DNA from: a phage
Length of the DNA stretch: 64,000 nucleotides
Sequence record: PZ452606.1
Reading direction: 5' to 3' (one strand)
Shown here: piece by piece, positions 1-10,984 of the stretch
Numbering within the stretch: position 1 is the first letter of the stretch
Layout of the letters: the number at the start of each line of letters is the position of its first letter
Made by a program: the position numbers and the translations under genes
Notes under the pieces: model-generated
What the model saw: only the letters and a program-made list of their open reading frames with translations
Told to the model about the DNA's origin: nothing
The model's database searches: none

Positions 1-32
1 AATATATTAAAGCATATTAAAGAGGATTAAAA

Positions 33-2012
33 ATGACTTTATTATCTCCGGGCATTGAGCTCAAAGAAACTACGGTTCAAAGCACCGTGGTTAATAACTC
101 TACTGGTACAGCAGCTTTGGCCGGTAAATTCCAGTGGGGTCCTGCTTTTCAGATTAAACAGGTTACAAATGAAGTAGATTTAGTTAATACTTTTGGTCAA
201 CCAACAGCTGAAACTGCTGACTATTTTATGTCTGCGATGAATTTCTTACAGTACGGAAATGACTTACGAGTAGTTCGTGCTGTTGATAGAGATACCGCTA
301 AAAACTCATCTCCGATTGCTGGTAATATTGAATACACAATTTCTACCCCAGGTAGTAACTATGCAGTTGGAGATAAAATCACGGTCAAATATGTTTCAGA
401 TGATATTGAAACTGAAGGTAAAATTACTGAAGTAGACGCAGATGGAAAAATCAAGAAAATTAATATTCCTACTGCAAAAATTATCGCTAAAGCGAAAGAA
501 GTCGGTGAATATCCAACACTAGGTTCTAACTGGACTGCGGAAATTTCTTCATCTTCCTCTGGTTTAGCTGCAGTAATAACTCTTGGAAAAATTATTACTG
601 ATTCTGGTATTTTATTAGCTGAAATTGAAAATGCTGAAGCTGCTATGACAGCGGTTGACTTTCAAGCAAATCTCGAAAAATACGGAATTCCAGGAGTAGT
701 AGCTCTTTATCCAGGCGAATTAGGCGATAAAATTGAAATTGAAATCGTATCTAAAGCTGACTATGCAAAAGGAGCTTCTGCATTACTCCCAATTTATCCA
801 GGTGGTGGTACTCGTGCATCTACTGCTAAAGCAGTGTTTGGATATGGACCACAAACTGATTCACAGTACGCTATTATAGTTCGTCGTAATGATGCTATTG
901 TTCAAAGCGTTGTTCTTTCAACTAAGCGTGGTGAAAAAGATATTTACGATAGTAACATCTATATCGATGACTTTTTCGCAAAAGGTGGTTCAGAATATAT
1001 TTTTGCAACTGCACAAAACTGGCCAGAAGGCTTCTCTGGAATTTTAACTCTGTCTGGTGGATTATCATCAAATGCTGAAGTAACAGCAGGAGATTTGATG
1101 GAAGCTTGGGACTTCTTTGCTGACCGCGAATCTGTTGACGTTCAACTGTTTATTGCGGGTTCTTGTGCCGGTGAATCTTTAGAAACAGCATCTACTGTCC
1201 AAAAACACGTCGTTTCAATTGGGGATGCTCGTCAAGATTGCTTAGTATTGTGCTCACCACCACGTGAAACTGTAGTTGGAATTCCTGTAACTCGTGCTGT
1301 TGATAACTTAGTCAATTGGAGAACTGCAGCAGGTTCATACACTGATAATAACTTTAATATCAGTTCAACCTATGCAGCAATCGATGGCAACTACAAATAT
1401 CAGTATGACAAATATAATGATGTGAATCGTTGGGTTCCATTAGCAGCTGATATTGCTGGTTTATGCGCAAGAACTGATAACGTATCTCAGACTTGGATGT
1501 CTCCAGCTGGTTATAATCGTGGCCAGATTCTTAACGTTATTAAACTTGCTATTGAAACTCGCCAGGCTCAGCGCGACCGTTTATACCAAGAAGCTATCAA
1601 CCCGGTAACTGGTACAGGCGGTGATGGTTACGTATTGTATGGTGATAAAACAGCTACTTCTGTTCCTTCTCCATTTGATCGTATTAACGTTCGTCGTCTG
1701 TTTAATATGTTGAAAACGAATATCGGACGTAGTTCAAAATATCGTTTGTTCGAATTAAACAATGCGTTTACTCGTTCATCATTCCGCACAGAAACTGCCC
1801 AGTACTTACAGGGAATTAAAGCTCTCGGTGGAATTTATGAATATCGTGTAGTTTGCGATACAACAAATAACACTCCGTCAGTAATTGATAGAAATGAGTT
1901 TGTTGCAACATTCTACATCCAACCTGCGCGCAGTATAAATTATATTACTTTGAATTTCGTAGCAACTGCTACCGGTGCAGATTTCGATGAGTTAACTGGT
2001 CTTGCAGGTTAA
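33..2012 (+). CDS. 18: tail sheath protein gp18
   Basis: 659-aa ORF; length and N-terminus (MTLLSPGIELKETT...) match T4 gp18 as I recall it; AGAGG RBS upstream; followed by genes 19-24 in canonical order. Confidence 0.93.
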   Translation: MTLLSPGIELKETTVQSTVVNNSTGTAALAGKFQWGPAFQIKQVTNEVDLVNTFGQPTAETADYFMSAMNFLQYGNDLRVVRAVDRDTAKNSSPIAGNIEYTISTPGSNYAVGDKITVKYVSDDIETEGKITEVDADGKIKKINIPTAKIIAKAKEVGEYPTLGSNWTAEISSSSSGLAAVITLGKIITDSGILLAEIENAEAAMTAVDFQANLEKYGIPGVVALYPGELGDKIEIEIVSKADYAKGASALLPIYPGGGTRASTAKAVFGYGPQTDSQYAIIVRRNDAIVQSVVLSTKRGEKDIYDSNIYIDDFFAKGGSEYIFATAQNWPEGFSGILTLSGGLSSNAEVTAGDLMEAWDFFADRESVDVQLFIAGSCAGESLETASTVQKHVVSIGDARQDCLVLCSPPRETVVGIPVTRAVDNLVNWRTAAGSYTDNNFNISSTYAAIDGNYKYQYDKYNDVNRWVPLAADIAGLCARTDNVSQTWMSPAGYNRGQILNVIKLAIETRQAQRDRLYQEAINPVTGTGGDGYVLYGDKTATSVPSPFDRINVRRLFNMLKTNIGRSSKYRLFELNNAFTRSSFRTETAQYLQGIKALGGIYEYRVVCDTTNNTPSVIDRNEFVATFYIQPARSINYITLNFVATATGADFDELTGLAG

Positions 2013-2028
2013 TACGATGCATTCTAAA

Positions 2029-2046
2029 GGCCTGTTTCGGCAGGCC
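2029..2046 (+). terminator. stem-loop after gene 18 (possible attenuator / stability element)
   Basis: GGCCTG-loop-CAGGCC; no U-run, so probably not a full terminator. Confidence 0.3.
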
Positions 2047-2047
2047 A

Positions 2048-2055
2048 TATAAATA
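2048..2055 (+). promoter_or_regulatory. T4-type late promoter (TATAAATA) upstream of gene 19, copy 1
   Basis: Exact TATAAATA octamer in the 18-19 intergenic region. Confidence 0.6.
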
Positions 2056-2106
2056 CACTATATCCTTAATTCTTTAATTCTATATGCCCTAGGTTAAACA
2101 TAGGGA

Positions 2107-2114
2107 TATAAATA
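2107..2114 (+). promoter_or_regulatory. T4-type late promoter upstream of gene 19, copy 2
   Basis: Exact TATAAATA 15 nt upstream of the gene 19 ATG. Confidence 0.65.
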
Positions 2115-2128
2115 CTACAGAGGCTAAT

Positions 2129-2620
2129 ATGTTTGTAGATGATGTAACACGAGCGTTTGAATCTGGTGATTTTGCTCGACCTAACTTATTCCAAGTAGAA
2201 ATTTCTTATCTTGGACAAAATTTTACGTTCCAATGTAAAGCTACTGCTCTACCAGCTGGTATTGTAGAAAAAATTCCAGTCGGATTTATGAACCGTAAAA
2301 TTAACGTAGCAGGCGATCGTACATTCGATGACTGGACTGTTACAGTAATGAACGATGAAGCTCATGATGCTCGCCAGAAGTTCGTTGATTGGCAAAGCAT
2401 TGCTGCAGGACAAGGAAACGAAATTACTGGTGGAAAACCTGCAGAGTATAAAAAGAGCGCTATCGTTCGTCAATATGCTCGTGACGCTAAAACAGTAACA
2501 AAAGAAATTGAAATTAAAGGTCTGTGGCCTACTAACGTGGGTGAACTTCAATTAGATTGGGATTCAAACAATGAAATCCAAACCTTTGAAGTAACTCTTG
2601 CTCTCGATTATTGGGAATAA
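2129..2620 (+). CDS. 19: tail tube protein gp19
   Basis: 163-aa ORF directly after gene 18; size and position match T4 gp19; two TATAAATA late-promoter motifs upstream. Confidence 0.92.
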   Translation: MFVDDVTRAFESGDFARPNLFQVEISYLGQNFTFQCKATALPAGIVEKIPVGFMNRKINVAGDRTFDDWTVTVMNDEAHDARQKFVDWQSIAAGQGNEITGGKPAEYKKSAIVRQYARDAKTVTKEIEIKGLWPTNVGELQLDWDSNNEIQTFEVTLALDYWE

Positions 2621-2625
2621 AATGA

Positions 2626-2643
2626 ATGGGGAGAAATCCCCAT
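2626..2643 (+). terminator. stem-loop with GAAA tetraloop after gene 19
   Basis: ATGGGGA-GAAA-TCCCCAT, 7-bp stem; no U-run. Confidence 0.35.
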
Positions 2644-2652
2644 CCTGCTTAA

Positions 2653-4277
<1,625 letters not shown>

Positions 4278-4278
<1 letters not shown>

Positions 4279-4517
4279 TGGAAGGTTTAATTGAAGCTAT
4301 TAAATCAAACGACCTCGTAGCCGCTCGTAAATTATTTGCTGAAGCCATGGCTGCAAGAACGACTGATTTAATCAAAGAAGAAAAAATCGCTATCGCTCGT
4401 AATTTCTTAATCGAAGGTGAAGAACCTGAAGACGAGGATGAAGATGATGACGAAGATAGTGATGATAAAGACGACAAAAAAGACAAAGACTCTGACGAAG
4501 ACGAGGATGATGAATAA
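4278..4517 (+). CDS. 67: prohead core protein gp67 (acidic C-terminal tract)
   Basis: 79-aa ORF, stop/start overlap with gene 20 (TAATG); poly-Asp/Glu tail; position between 20 and 68 as in T4. Confidence 0.85.
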
Positions 4518-4942
4518 TGATTCTAATCCCTGAAACTCATGAATTAGTTCTCGAGAATGTCGAAGCACTTATTCCTGAAGCACAGGGTCGCTTTGACGAG
4601 TTGTCTTCTGCTTTAAATAAAGACGATATAAATAAAATTATCGAGAATATGCTTGATGATGAAACTGATTTAGCGGTTGCATTAGCTTCTATTAATGAAA
4701 ATATGCCGTTAAATGAATTTATCGTTAAACATGTTTCTGCCCGTGGTGAAATTACTCGCACTAAAGATCGCAAAACCCGCGAACGTAATGCATTTCAAAC
4801 TACCGGGTTGTCTAAAGCAAAACGTAGACAAATTGCTCGTAAAGCTACCAAAACGAAGATTGCCAATCCAGCAGGTCAATCTCGTGCTCAGCGTAAGCGT
4901 AAAAAAGCTCTTAAACGCCGTAAAGCATTAGGATTAAGCTAA
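4517..4942 (+). CDS. 68: prohead core protein gp68
   Basis: 141-aa ORF, basic C-terminus, ATGA overlap with gene 67; position matches T4 gene 68. Confidence 0.85.
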   Translation: MILIPETHELVLENVEALIPEAQGRFDELSSALNKDDINKIIENMLDDETDLAVALASINENMPLNEFIVKHVSARGEITRTKDRKTRERNAFQTTGLSKAKRRQIARKATKTKIANPAGQSRAQRKRKKALKRRKALGLS

Positions 4943-5580
4943 TGAATGAACCCCAATTGCTAATTGAAACTTGGGGTCAACCTGGCGAAATTATTGATGG
5001 CGTGCCAATGCTTGAATCCCATGATGGGAAAGACTTAGGTTTAAAACCTGGTTTATACATCGAAGGAATATTCATGCAAGCAGAAGTCGTCAATAGAAAT
5101 AAACGTCTTTATCCAAAACGTATATTAGAAAAAGCGGTAAAAGACTATATTAATGAGCAAGTTTTAACTAAACAAGCTCTCGGAGAATTAAATCATCCTC
5201 CACGCGCTAATGTTGACCCGATGCAAGCCGCTATCATTATAGAAGATATGTGGTGGAAAGGAAATGACGTATACGGACGAGCTCGTGTTATTGAAGGTGA
5301 CCATGGTCCTGGAGATAAATTAGCAGCTAATATTCGTGCCGGATGGATTCCAGGAGTTTCTTCTCGTGGATTAGGTTCATTGACTGACACAAATAAAGGT
5401 TATCGTATCGTAAACGAAGGATTCAAATTAACTGTAGGTGTTGATGCAGTATGGGGTCCAAGTGCTCCAGATGCATGGGTAACTCCTAAGGAAATTACAG
5501 AATCACAGACGGCGGAAGCCGATACAAGTGCCGATGACGCCTATATGGCTCTCGCAGAGGCCATGAAAAAAGCGTTATAA
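4942..5580 (+). CDS. 21: prohead core protease gp21
   Basis: 212-aa ORF, sequence [17 protein letters not shown]... and length match T4 gp21. Confidence 0.93.
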   Translation: MNEPQLLIETWGQPGEIIDGVPMLESHDGKDLGLKPGLYIEGIFMQAEVVNRNKRLYPKRILEKAVKDYINEQVLTKQALGELNHPPRANVDPMQAAIIIEDMWWKGNDVYGRARVIEGDHGPGDKLAANIRAGWIPGVSSRGLGSLTDTNKGYRIVNEGFKLTVGVDAVWGPSAPDAWVTPKEITESQTAEADTSADDAYMALAEAMKKAL

Positions 5581-5583
5581 ATA
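5576..5583 (+). promoter_or_regulatory. T4-type late promoter upstream of gene 22
   Basis: Exact TATAAATA overlapping the gene 21 stop codon. Confidence 0.6.
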
Positions 5584-5610
5584 TTATTATCTAAACAACA
5601 GGACTACAAA

Positions 5611-6420
5611 ATGCTTAAAGAACAACTGATTGCCGAAGCGCAGAAAATTGATGCTTCCGTTGCTCTTGATAGTATTTTCGAATCAGTTAATATTTCTCCG
5701 GAAGCAAAAGAAACTTTCGGCACTGTATTCGAAGCTACCGTCAAGCAGCACGCCGTTAAATTAGCTGAATCTCATATCGCTAAAATTGCTGAAAAAGCAG
5801 AAGAAGAAGTAGAAAAAAATAAAGAAGAAGCAGAAGAAAAAGCTGAGAAGAAAATCGCTGAGCAAGCTTCTAAATTCCTTGACCATCTTGCAAAAGAATG
5901 GCTCACTGAAAATAAATTAGCAGTAGATAAAGGCATCAAAGCCGAACTGTTTGAATCCATGCTTGGTGGATTGAAAGAGCTCTTCGTTGAACACAACGTT
6001 GTTGTTCCAGAAGAATCAGTTGATGTTGTAGCTGAAATGGAAGAAGAACTGCAAGAACACAAAGAAGAATCAGCTCGTCTGTTCGAAGAACTCAATAAGC
6101 GTGACGCATATATCAATTATGTGCAGCGTGAAGTGGCATTGAGCGAAAGTACTAAAGATCTGACTGAGTCTCAAAAAGAAAAAGTCTCTGCTCTGGTCGA
6201 AGGTATTGATTATTCAGATGCATTCTCAAGCAAATTGAGTGCCATCGTAGAAATGGTGAAGAAATCTAATAAAGATGAAAGCACTATTACTGAGAGTATA
6301 AATACTCCTGATACTGAAGCAGCCGGACTGAATTTCGTCACTGAAGCTGTAGAAGATAAATCTGCACAAGGTGCAGAAGATATTGTAAGTGTATATGCGA
6401 AAGTCGCATCTCGTTTCTAA
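5611..6420 (+). CDS. 22: prohead core scaffold protein gp22
   Basis: 269-aa ORF, Glu/Lys-rich coiled-coil composition, position between 21 and 23. Confidence 0.9.
   Translation: MLKEQLIAEAQKIDASVALDSIFESVNISPEAKETFGTVFEATVKQHAVKLAESHIAKIAEKAEEEVEKNKEEAEEKAEKKIAEQASKFLDHLAKEWLTENKLAVDKGIKAELFESMLGGLKELFVEHNVVVPEESVDVVAEMEEELQEHKEESARLFEELNKRDAYINYVQREVALSESTKDLTESQKEKVSALVEGIDYSDAFSSKLSAIVEMVKKSNKDESTITESINTPDTEAAGLNFVTEAVEDKSAQGAEDIVSVYAKVASRF
6297..6304 (+). promoter_or_regulatory. T4-type late promoter for gene 23 (inside 3' end of gene 22)
   Basis: Exact TATAAATA ~135 nt upstream of the gene 23 ATG. Confidence 0.6.
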
Positions 6421-6438
6421 TTTTAAAGGTTAACACAA

Positions 6439-8004
6439 ATGACTATCAAAACTAAAGCTGAACTTTTGAACAAATGGAAGCCATTACTGGAAGGTGAAGG
6501 TTTACCGGAAATTGCTAATAGCAAACAAGCGATTATCGCTAAAATCTTTGAAAACCAGGAAAAAGATTTCCAGACAGCTCCGGAATATAAAGACGAAAAA
6601 ATTGCTCAGGCATTCGGTTCTTTCTTAACAGAAGCTGAAATCGGTGGTGACCACGGTTACAATGCTACCAACATCGCTGCAGGTCAGACTTCTGGCGCAG
6701 TAACTCAGATTGGCCCAGCTGTTATGGGTATGGTACGTCGTGCTATTCCTAACCTGATTGCTTTCGATATTTGCGGTGTTCAGCCGATGAACAGCCCGAC
6801 TGGTCAGGTATTCGCACTTCGTGCGGTATATGGTAAAGACCCAATCGCTTCCGGCGCTAAAGAAGCATTCCACCCAATGTATGGTCCAGATGCAATGTTC
6901 TCTGGTCAGGGTGCTGCTAAGAAATTCCCAGCTCTGGCTGCTAGTACTGAAACTGTTGTAGGTGATATCTATACTCACTTCTTCCAGGAAACCGGTACTG
7001 TATATCTGCAAGCTTCAGCTGTTGTGACAATTGATTCTAGTGCAAATGATGCAGCTAAATTAGATGCTGAAATTAAGAAACAAATGGAAGCAGGTGTACT
7101 GGTAGAAATCGCTGAAGGTATGGCTACTTCTATCGCTGAACTCCAGGAAGGTTTTAACGGTTCTACCGATAACCCATGGAATGAAATGGGCTTCCGTATC
7201 GATAAGCAAGTTATCGAAGCTAAATCTCGTCAGCTGAAAGCTGCTTACTCTATTGAATTAGCACAAGACCTCCGTGCTGTTCACGGTATGGATGCTGATG
7301 CTGAACTGTCTGGTATTCTGGCTACCGAAATTATGCTGGAAATCAACCGCGAAGTTGTTGATTGGATTAACTACTCAGCGCAGGTTGGTAAATCTGGTAT
7401 GACCCTGACTCCGGGTTCTAAAGCTGGTGTATTTGACTTCCAGGACCCAATCGATATTCGTGGTGCTCGCTGGGCGGGTGAATCCTTTAAAGCTCTGTTG
7501 TTCCAGATTGACAAAGAAGCAGTTGAAATTGCTCGTCAGACCGGTCGTGGTGAAGGTAACTTCATTATCGCTTCCCGTAACGTAGTTAACGTTCTGGCTT
7601 CAGTTGATACTGGCATTTCTTATGCTGCACAAGGTCTGGCTACCGGCTTTAACACTGATACTACCAAGTCAGTATTTGCTGGTGTTCTGGGTGGTAAATA
7701 CCGCGTATATATCGACCAGTATGCTAAACAGGATTATTTCACTGTAGGTTATAAAGGTCCGAACGAAATGGATGCTGGTATTTACTATGCTCCATATGTA
7801 GCTCTGACTCCGCTGCGTGGTTCCGATCCGAAGAACTTCCAACCGGTAATGGGGTTCAAAACTCGTTACGGTATCGGTATCAACCCATTTGCAGAATCCG
7901 CTGCTCAGGCTCCGGCTTCTCGCATCCAGAGCGGTATGCCTTCTATTCTGAATAGCCTTGGTAAAAACGCTTACTTCCGCCGTGTATATGTTAAAGGTAT
8001 CTAA
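6439..8004 (+). CDS. 23: major capsid protein gp23
   Basis: 521-aa ORF; N-terminus MTIKTKAELLNKWKPLLEGEGLPEIANSKQ... recognised as T4 gp23; strong terminator hairpin downstream. Confidence 0.97.
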   Translation: MTIKTKAELLNKWKPLLEGEGLPEIANSKQAIIAKIFENQEKDFQTAPEYKDEKIAQAFGSFLTEAEIGGDHGYNATNIAAGQTSGAVTQIGPAVMGMVRRAIPNLIAFDICGVQPMNSPTGQVFALRAVYGKDPIASGAKEAFHPMYGPDAMFSGQGAAKKFPALAASTETVVGDIYTHFFQETGTVYLQASAVVTIDSSANDAAKLDAEIKKQMEAGVLVEIAEGMATSIAELQEGFNGSTDNPWNEMGFRIDKQVIEAKSRQLKAAYSIELAQDLRAVHGMDADAELSGILATEIMLEINREVVDWINYSAQVGKSGMTLTPGSKAGVFDFQDPIDIRGARWAGESFKALLFQIDKEAVEIARQTGRGEGNFIIASRNVVNVLASVDTGISYAAQGLATGFNTDTTKSVFAGVLGGKYRVYIDQYAKQDYFTVGYKGPNEMDAGIYYAPYVALTPLRGSDPKNFQPVMGFKTRYGIGINPFAESAAQAPASRIQSGMPSILNSLGKNAYFRRVYVKGI

Positions 8005-8017
8005 TCTTTGACGATTT

Positions 8018-8037
8018 AAGGGACCTTCGGGTCCCTT
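8018..8037 (+). terminator. rho-independent terminator after gene 23 (UUCG tetraloop)
   Basis: AAGGGACC-TTCG-GGTCCCTT followed by a T-rich run. Confidence 0.8.
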
Positions 8038-8052
8038 TAGTTGTTTTTATGG

Positions 8053-8060
8053 TATAAATA
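8053..8060 (+). promoter_or_regulatory. T4-type late promoter for gene 24
   Basis: Exact TATAAATA directly after the gene 23 terminator. Confidence 0.7.
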
Positions 8061-8087
8061 AATCATATAAACCAAAAGGAAAGCGCA

Positions 8088-9371
8088 ATGGCTAAAATCA
8101 ACGAACTTCTGCGCGAATCAACCACAACGAATAGCAACTCAATCGGTCGCCCAAATCTCGTTGCTTTGACTCGCGCTACCACTAAATTAATATATTCTGA
8201 CATTGTAGCAACGCAAAGAACTAATCAACCTGTTGCTGCTTTTTATGGTATCAAATACCTTAACCCAGACAACGAATTTACATTTAAAACTGGTGCTACT
8301 TATGCTGGCGAAGCTGGATATGTAGACCGAGAACAAATCACAGAATTAACAGAAGAGTCCAAATTAACTCTCAATAAAGGCGATTTATTCAAATATAATA
8401 ACATCGTTTATAAAGTATTAGAAGATACACCATTTGCTGATATTGAAGAAAGCGACTTAGAGTTAGCTCTTCAGATTGCAATCGTTCTTTTAAAGGTTCG
8501 TCTATTTTCTGATGCAGCATCAACAAGCAAATTTGAAAGCTCTGATAGCGAAATTGCAGATGCTAGATTCCAGATTAATAAATGGCAAACCGCCGTTAAA
8601 TCTCGTAAACTTAAAACTGGTATCACAGTTGAATTAGCACAAGATTTAGAAGCAAATGGATTCGATGCTCCTAATTTCTTGGAAGATTTGCTTGCAACTG
8701 AAATGGCAGATGAAATCAATAAAGATATTCTGCAGTCTTTGATTACAGTATCAAAACGTTATAAAGTTACAGGAATTACTGATACTGGATTCATTGATTT
8801 GAGTTATGCATCTGCACCTGAAGCTGGTCGTTCATTATACCGAATGGTATGTGAAATGGTTTCGCATATCCAAAAAGAATCAACTTATACAGCAACGTTT
8901 TGTGTTGCTTCAGCTCGTGCCGCTGCGATTCTTGCTGCATCAGGTTGGTTAAAACATAAACCAGAAGATGATAAATATCTTTCACAAAATGCCTACGGGT
9001 TCTTAGCTAATGGTTTACCGCTTTATTGCGATACTAACAGCCCATTAGATTATGTAATCGTTGGCGTAGTAGAAAATATCGGTGAAAAAGAAATTGTTGG
9101 ATCAATTTTCTATGCTCCGTATACAGAAGGTCTCGACTTAGATGACCCTGAACATGTAGGTGCATTTAAAGTTGTTGTTGATCCAGAAAGCTTGCAACCG
9201 TCTATCGGTTTATTAGTTAGATATGCTTTATCTGCAAATCCTTACACCGTAGCAAAAGATGAAAAAGAAGCAAGAGTAATTGATGGTGGAGACATGGATA
9301 AAATGGCGGGTCGTTCAGATTTGTCTGTTTTATTAGGTGTTAAGCTACCAAAAATTATCATTGATGAATAA
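8088..9371 (+). CDS. 24: capsid vertex protein gp24
   Basis: 427-aa ORF following gene 23; size matches T4 gp24 (gp23 paralogue). Confidence 0.93.
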   Translation: MAKINELLRESTTTNSNSIGRPNLVALTRATTKLIYSDIVATQRTNQPVAAFYGIKYLNPDNEFTFKTGATYAGEAGYVDREQITELTEESKLTLNKGDLFKYNNIVYKVLEDTPFADIEESDLELALQIAIVLLKVRLFSDAASTSKFESSDSEIADARFQINKWQTAVKSRKLKTGITVELAQDLEANGFDAPNFLEDLLATEMADEINKDILQSLITVSKRYKVTGITDTGFIDLSYASAPEAGRSLYRMVCEMVSHIQKESTYTATFCVASARAAAILAASGWLKHKPEDDKYLSQNAYGFLANGLPLYCDTNSPLDYVIVGVVENIGEKEIVGSIFYAPYTEGLDLDDPEHVGAFKVVVDPESLQPSIGLLVRYALSANPYTVAKDEKEARVIDGGDMDKMAGRSDLSVLLGVKLPKIIIDE

Positions 9372-9374
9372 AAC

Positions 9375-9396
9375 AAAGGGACCTTTCGGTCCCTTT
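9375..9396. terminator. bidirectional terminator between gene 24 (+) and rnlB (-)
   Basis: AAAGGGACC-TTTC-GGTCCCTTT, 9-bp stem flanked by A-run and T-run, between convergent genes. Confidence 0.8.
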
Positions 9397-9400
9397 TTAT

Positions 9401-10405
9401 TTAGCTCACCAATTCAATCCAAGCCGGACGAAGTACATCTTGTACCATTTTAACTAATTCCTTTTTAATCAAAGAAGGATTATCCGCTTGAGTTAGAGTA
9501 ATACCTTCACGAGAAGTTTCTTCCAAAATATCTTGAACAGTTAGTCCCATCACCTTTCCAAAATCTTTTGGACCAATTTCGCCAATTTTAGAAATAACGT
9601 TATTTACTCGGTTTAGTGTAACGTAACAAGCTAAAATTCCTACCAATTTGTTATCAGCTTCTGACAGTTCAACTTTAGCTTTAATAGGCTTATCAGACTT
9701 TTTCTTTTCACTAAATTTAGAATTCTTGCATTTGATAGCTACACGATTGCGATTAGGCAGCCAAGAAGGATAACAAGGTTTCAATACATATCCTTCAGCG
9801 GTAAATACTTCGCCTTTGGCTTCAGCTTTCCAAACACATTTGTTAGCGTCAATTAAACCTGCATTATCTACGGTAAAATTATAAGACGGAACAACAGAAT
9901 CCAAATCATTTGGAAGTTTAATAAGATCTTCAAATTTACCACGACCCAAAAGTGGAGCGATTTTAAACCCAAATGAATTACAAAACGATTCCATCATGTA
10001 ATCATCAACATAAGTTACATCGCCACTTTCTGTAGTGACAATAATGTCAAATACATAAAAATCTTTATCGCCATAATCAACATTCTTCTGAATGCCAGGT
10101 CCAGCGAATTCGCCAAAGACTTGATAAGATACAACCGCTGAGGTTTCCATAATATCTTGTACTGCTTTAATGGAATCAGCGTAATTCTTTAAAATAATTT
10201 CATACCCAAAGAAATCTTCAGCAGGAAGAATAGGACCAGTACGTTTAGCGCAAGTTACTTTATCACGCTCAATAATCAACGAAAAGTTTGTTCCATGAAT
10301 CTTTTCACGAGCTACCCATTCGCCGCCAGTCAATCCCAGGCTATAAAGTTTTTCAATAAATTTAGAGTTGTAATGATTTTCAAGACTGCTATACTTTTTA
10401 AACAT
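9401..10405 (-). CDS. rnlB: RNA ligase 2 (Rnl2)
   Basis: 334-aa ORF; nucleotidyltransferase lysine motif KIHGTNFS near N-terminus; size and position (after gene 24) as T4 rnlB. Confidence 0.9.
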   Translation of the reverse strand: MFKKYSSLENHYNSKFIEKLYSLGLTGGEWVAREKIHGTNFSLIIERDKVTCAKRTGPILPAEDFFGYEIILKNYADSIKAVQDIMETSAVVSYQVFGEFAGPGIQKNVDYGDKDFYVFDIIVTTESGDVTYVDDYMMESFCNSFGFKIAPLLGRGKFEDLIKLPNDLDSVVPSYNFTVDNAGLIDANKCVWKAEAKGEVFTAEGYVLKPCYPSWLPNRNRVAIKCKNSKFSEKKKSDKPIKAKVELSEADNKLVGILACYVTLNRVNNVISKIGEIGPKDFGKVMGLTVQDILEETSREGITLTQADNPSLIKKELVKMVQDVLRPAWIELVS

Positions 10406-10414
10406 AATTAATCC

Positions 10415-10693
10415 TCAAAATGTAATTTCTAACCAATCACCATCACGCTGATCACTATTGACTTTAAAGCTGAATCCTTCTTTTCTCAGCCAATCACCAA
10501 TTTCTTCAGTAATCAATTTATCACGAGCAATACAATAATAACTAAAATGTGTTTTACCTTGTTCAGCTGCTTTATTAGCAAGTTCCGAAAAATCTTTAAT
10601 AAAACACTCTAGCTTAAACTGTTTACTTTTAAGTGCTTTTTCGCGCAATTGATTAGCAAAAGATTCATTTTCATAAAGATCATACTGTTCCAT
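10415..10693 (-). CDS. hypothetical protein (T4 24.2 position)
   Basis: 92-aa ORF between rnlB and hoc; no recognisable motif. Confidence 0.55.
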   Translation of the reverse strand: MEQYDLYENESFANQLREKALKSKQFKLECFIKDFSELANKAAEQGKTHFSYYCIARDKLITEEIGDWLRKEGFSFKVNSDQRDGDWLEITF

Positions 10694-10895
10694 TTTTCAC
10701 CTTTTTATTGATATGTCTTTTTCTATAGACAACTTTTTCTCGAGTTTCAAATTTATTCTTAGCAGTCATAGCTCGAGCCCATAATACAGCCACTTCTTTT
10801 GCCTGTAAGTTTAATTCACGAGCAATTTCAATGAATGACTTTCCAGACTCATGAAGAGTAAACACCACAACCTCAGTTCTCATAATCAATCTCAT
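10680..10895 (-). CDS. hypothetical small protein with putative helix-turn-helix (T4 24.3 position)
   Basis: 71-aa ORF; segment ESGKSFIEIARELNLQAKEVAVLW resembles an HTH; overlaps downstream ORF by 14 nt. Confidence 0.5.
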   Translation of the reverse strand: MRLIMRTEVVVFTLHESGKSFIEIARELNLQAKEVAVLWARAMTAKNKFETREKVVYRKRHINKKVKNGTV

Positions 10896-10963
10896 GTTAT
10901 CGAGTTGGTGCCATTATATACATCATTTTCTGATTGTGTTTTGTGTGCTTTCAAAATGAAGAA

Positions 10964-10979
10964 AGGGGCCGAAGCCCCT
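10964..10979 (-). terminator. stem-loop downstream of hoc (CGAA loop)
   Basis: AGGGGC-CGAA-GCCCCT, 6 nt after the hoc stop on the - strand. Confidence 0.5.
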
Positions 10980-10984
10980 TATGA

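Noticed and set aside
2249-2551. 100-aa minus-strand ORF inside gene 19
   Set aside because: Fully embedded antisense to a high-confidence structural gene; low-complexity composition; no RBS or promoter
5772-6116. 114-aa Ser-rich minus-strand ORF inside gene 22
   Set aside because: Antisense to the Glu/Lys-rich scaffold gene; composition is the mirror of the sense frame
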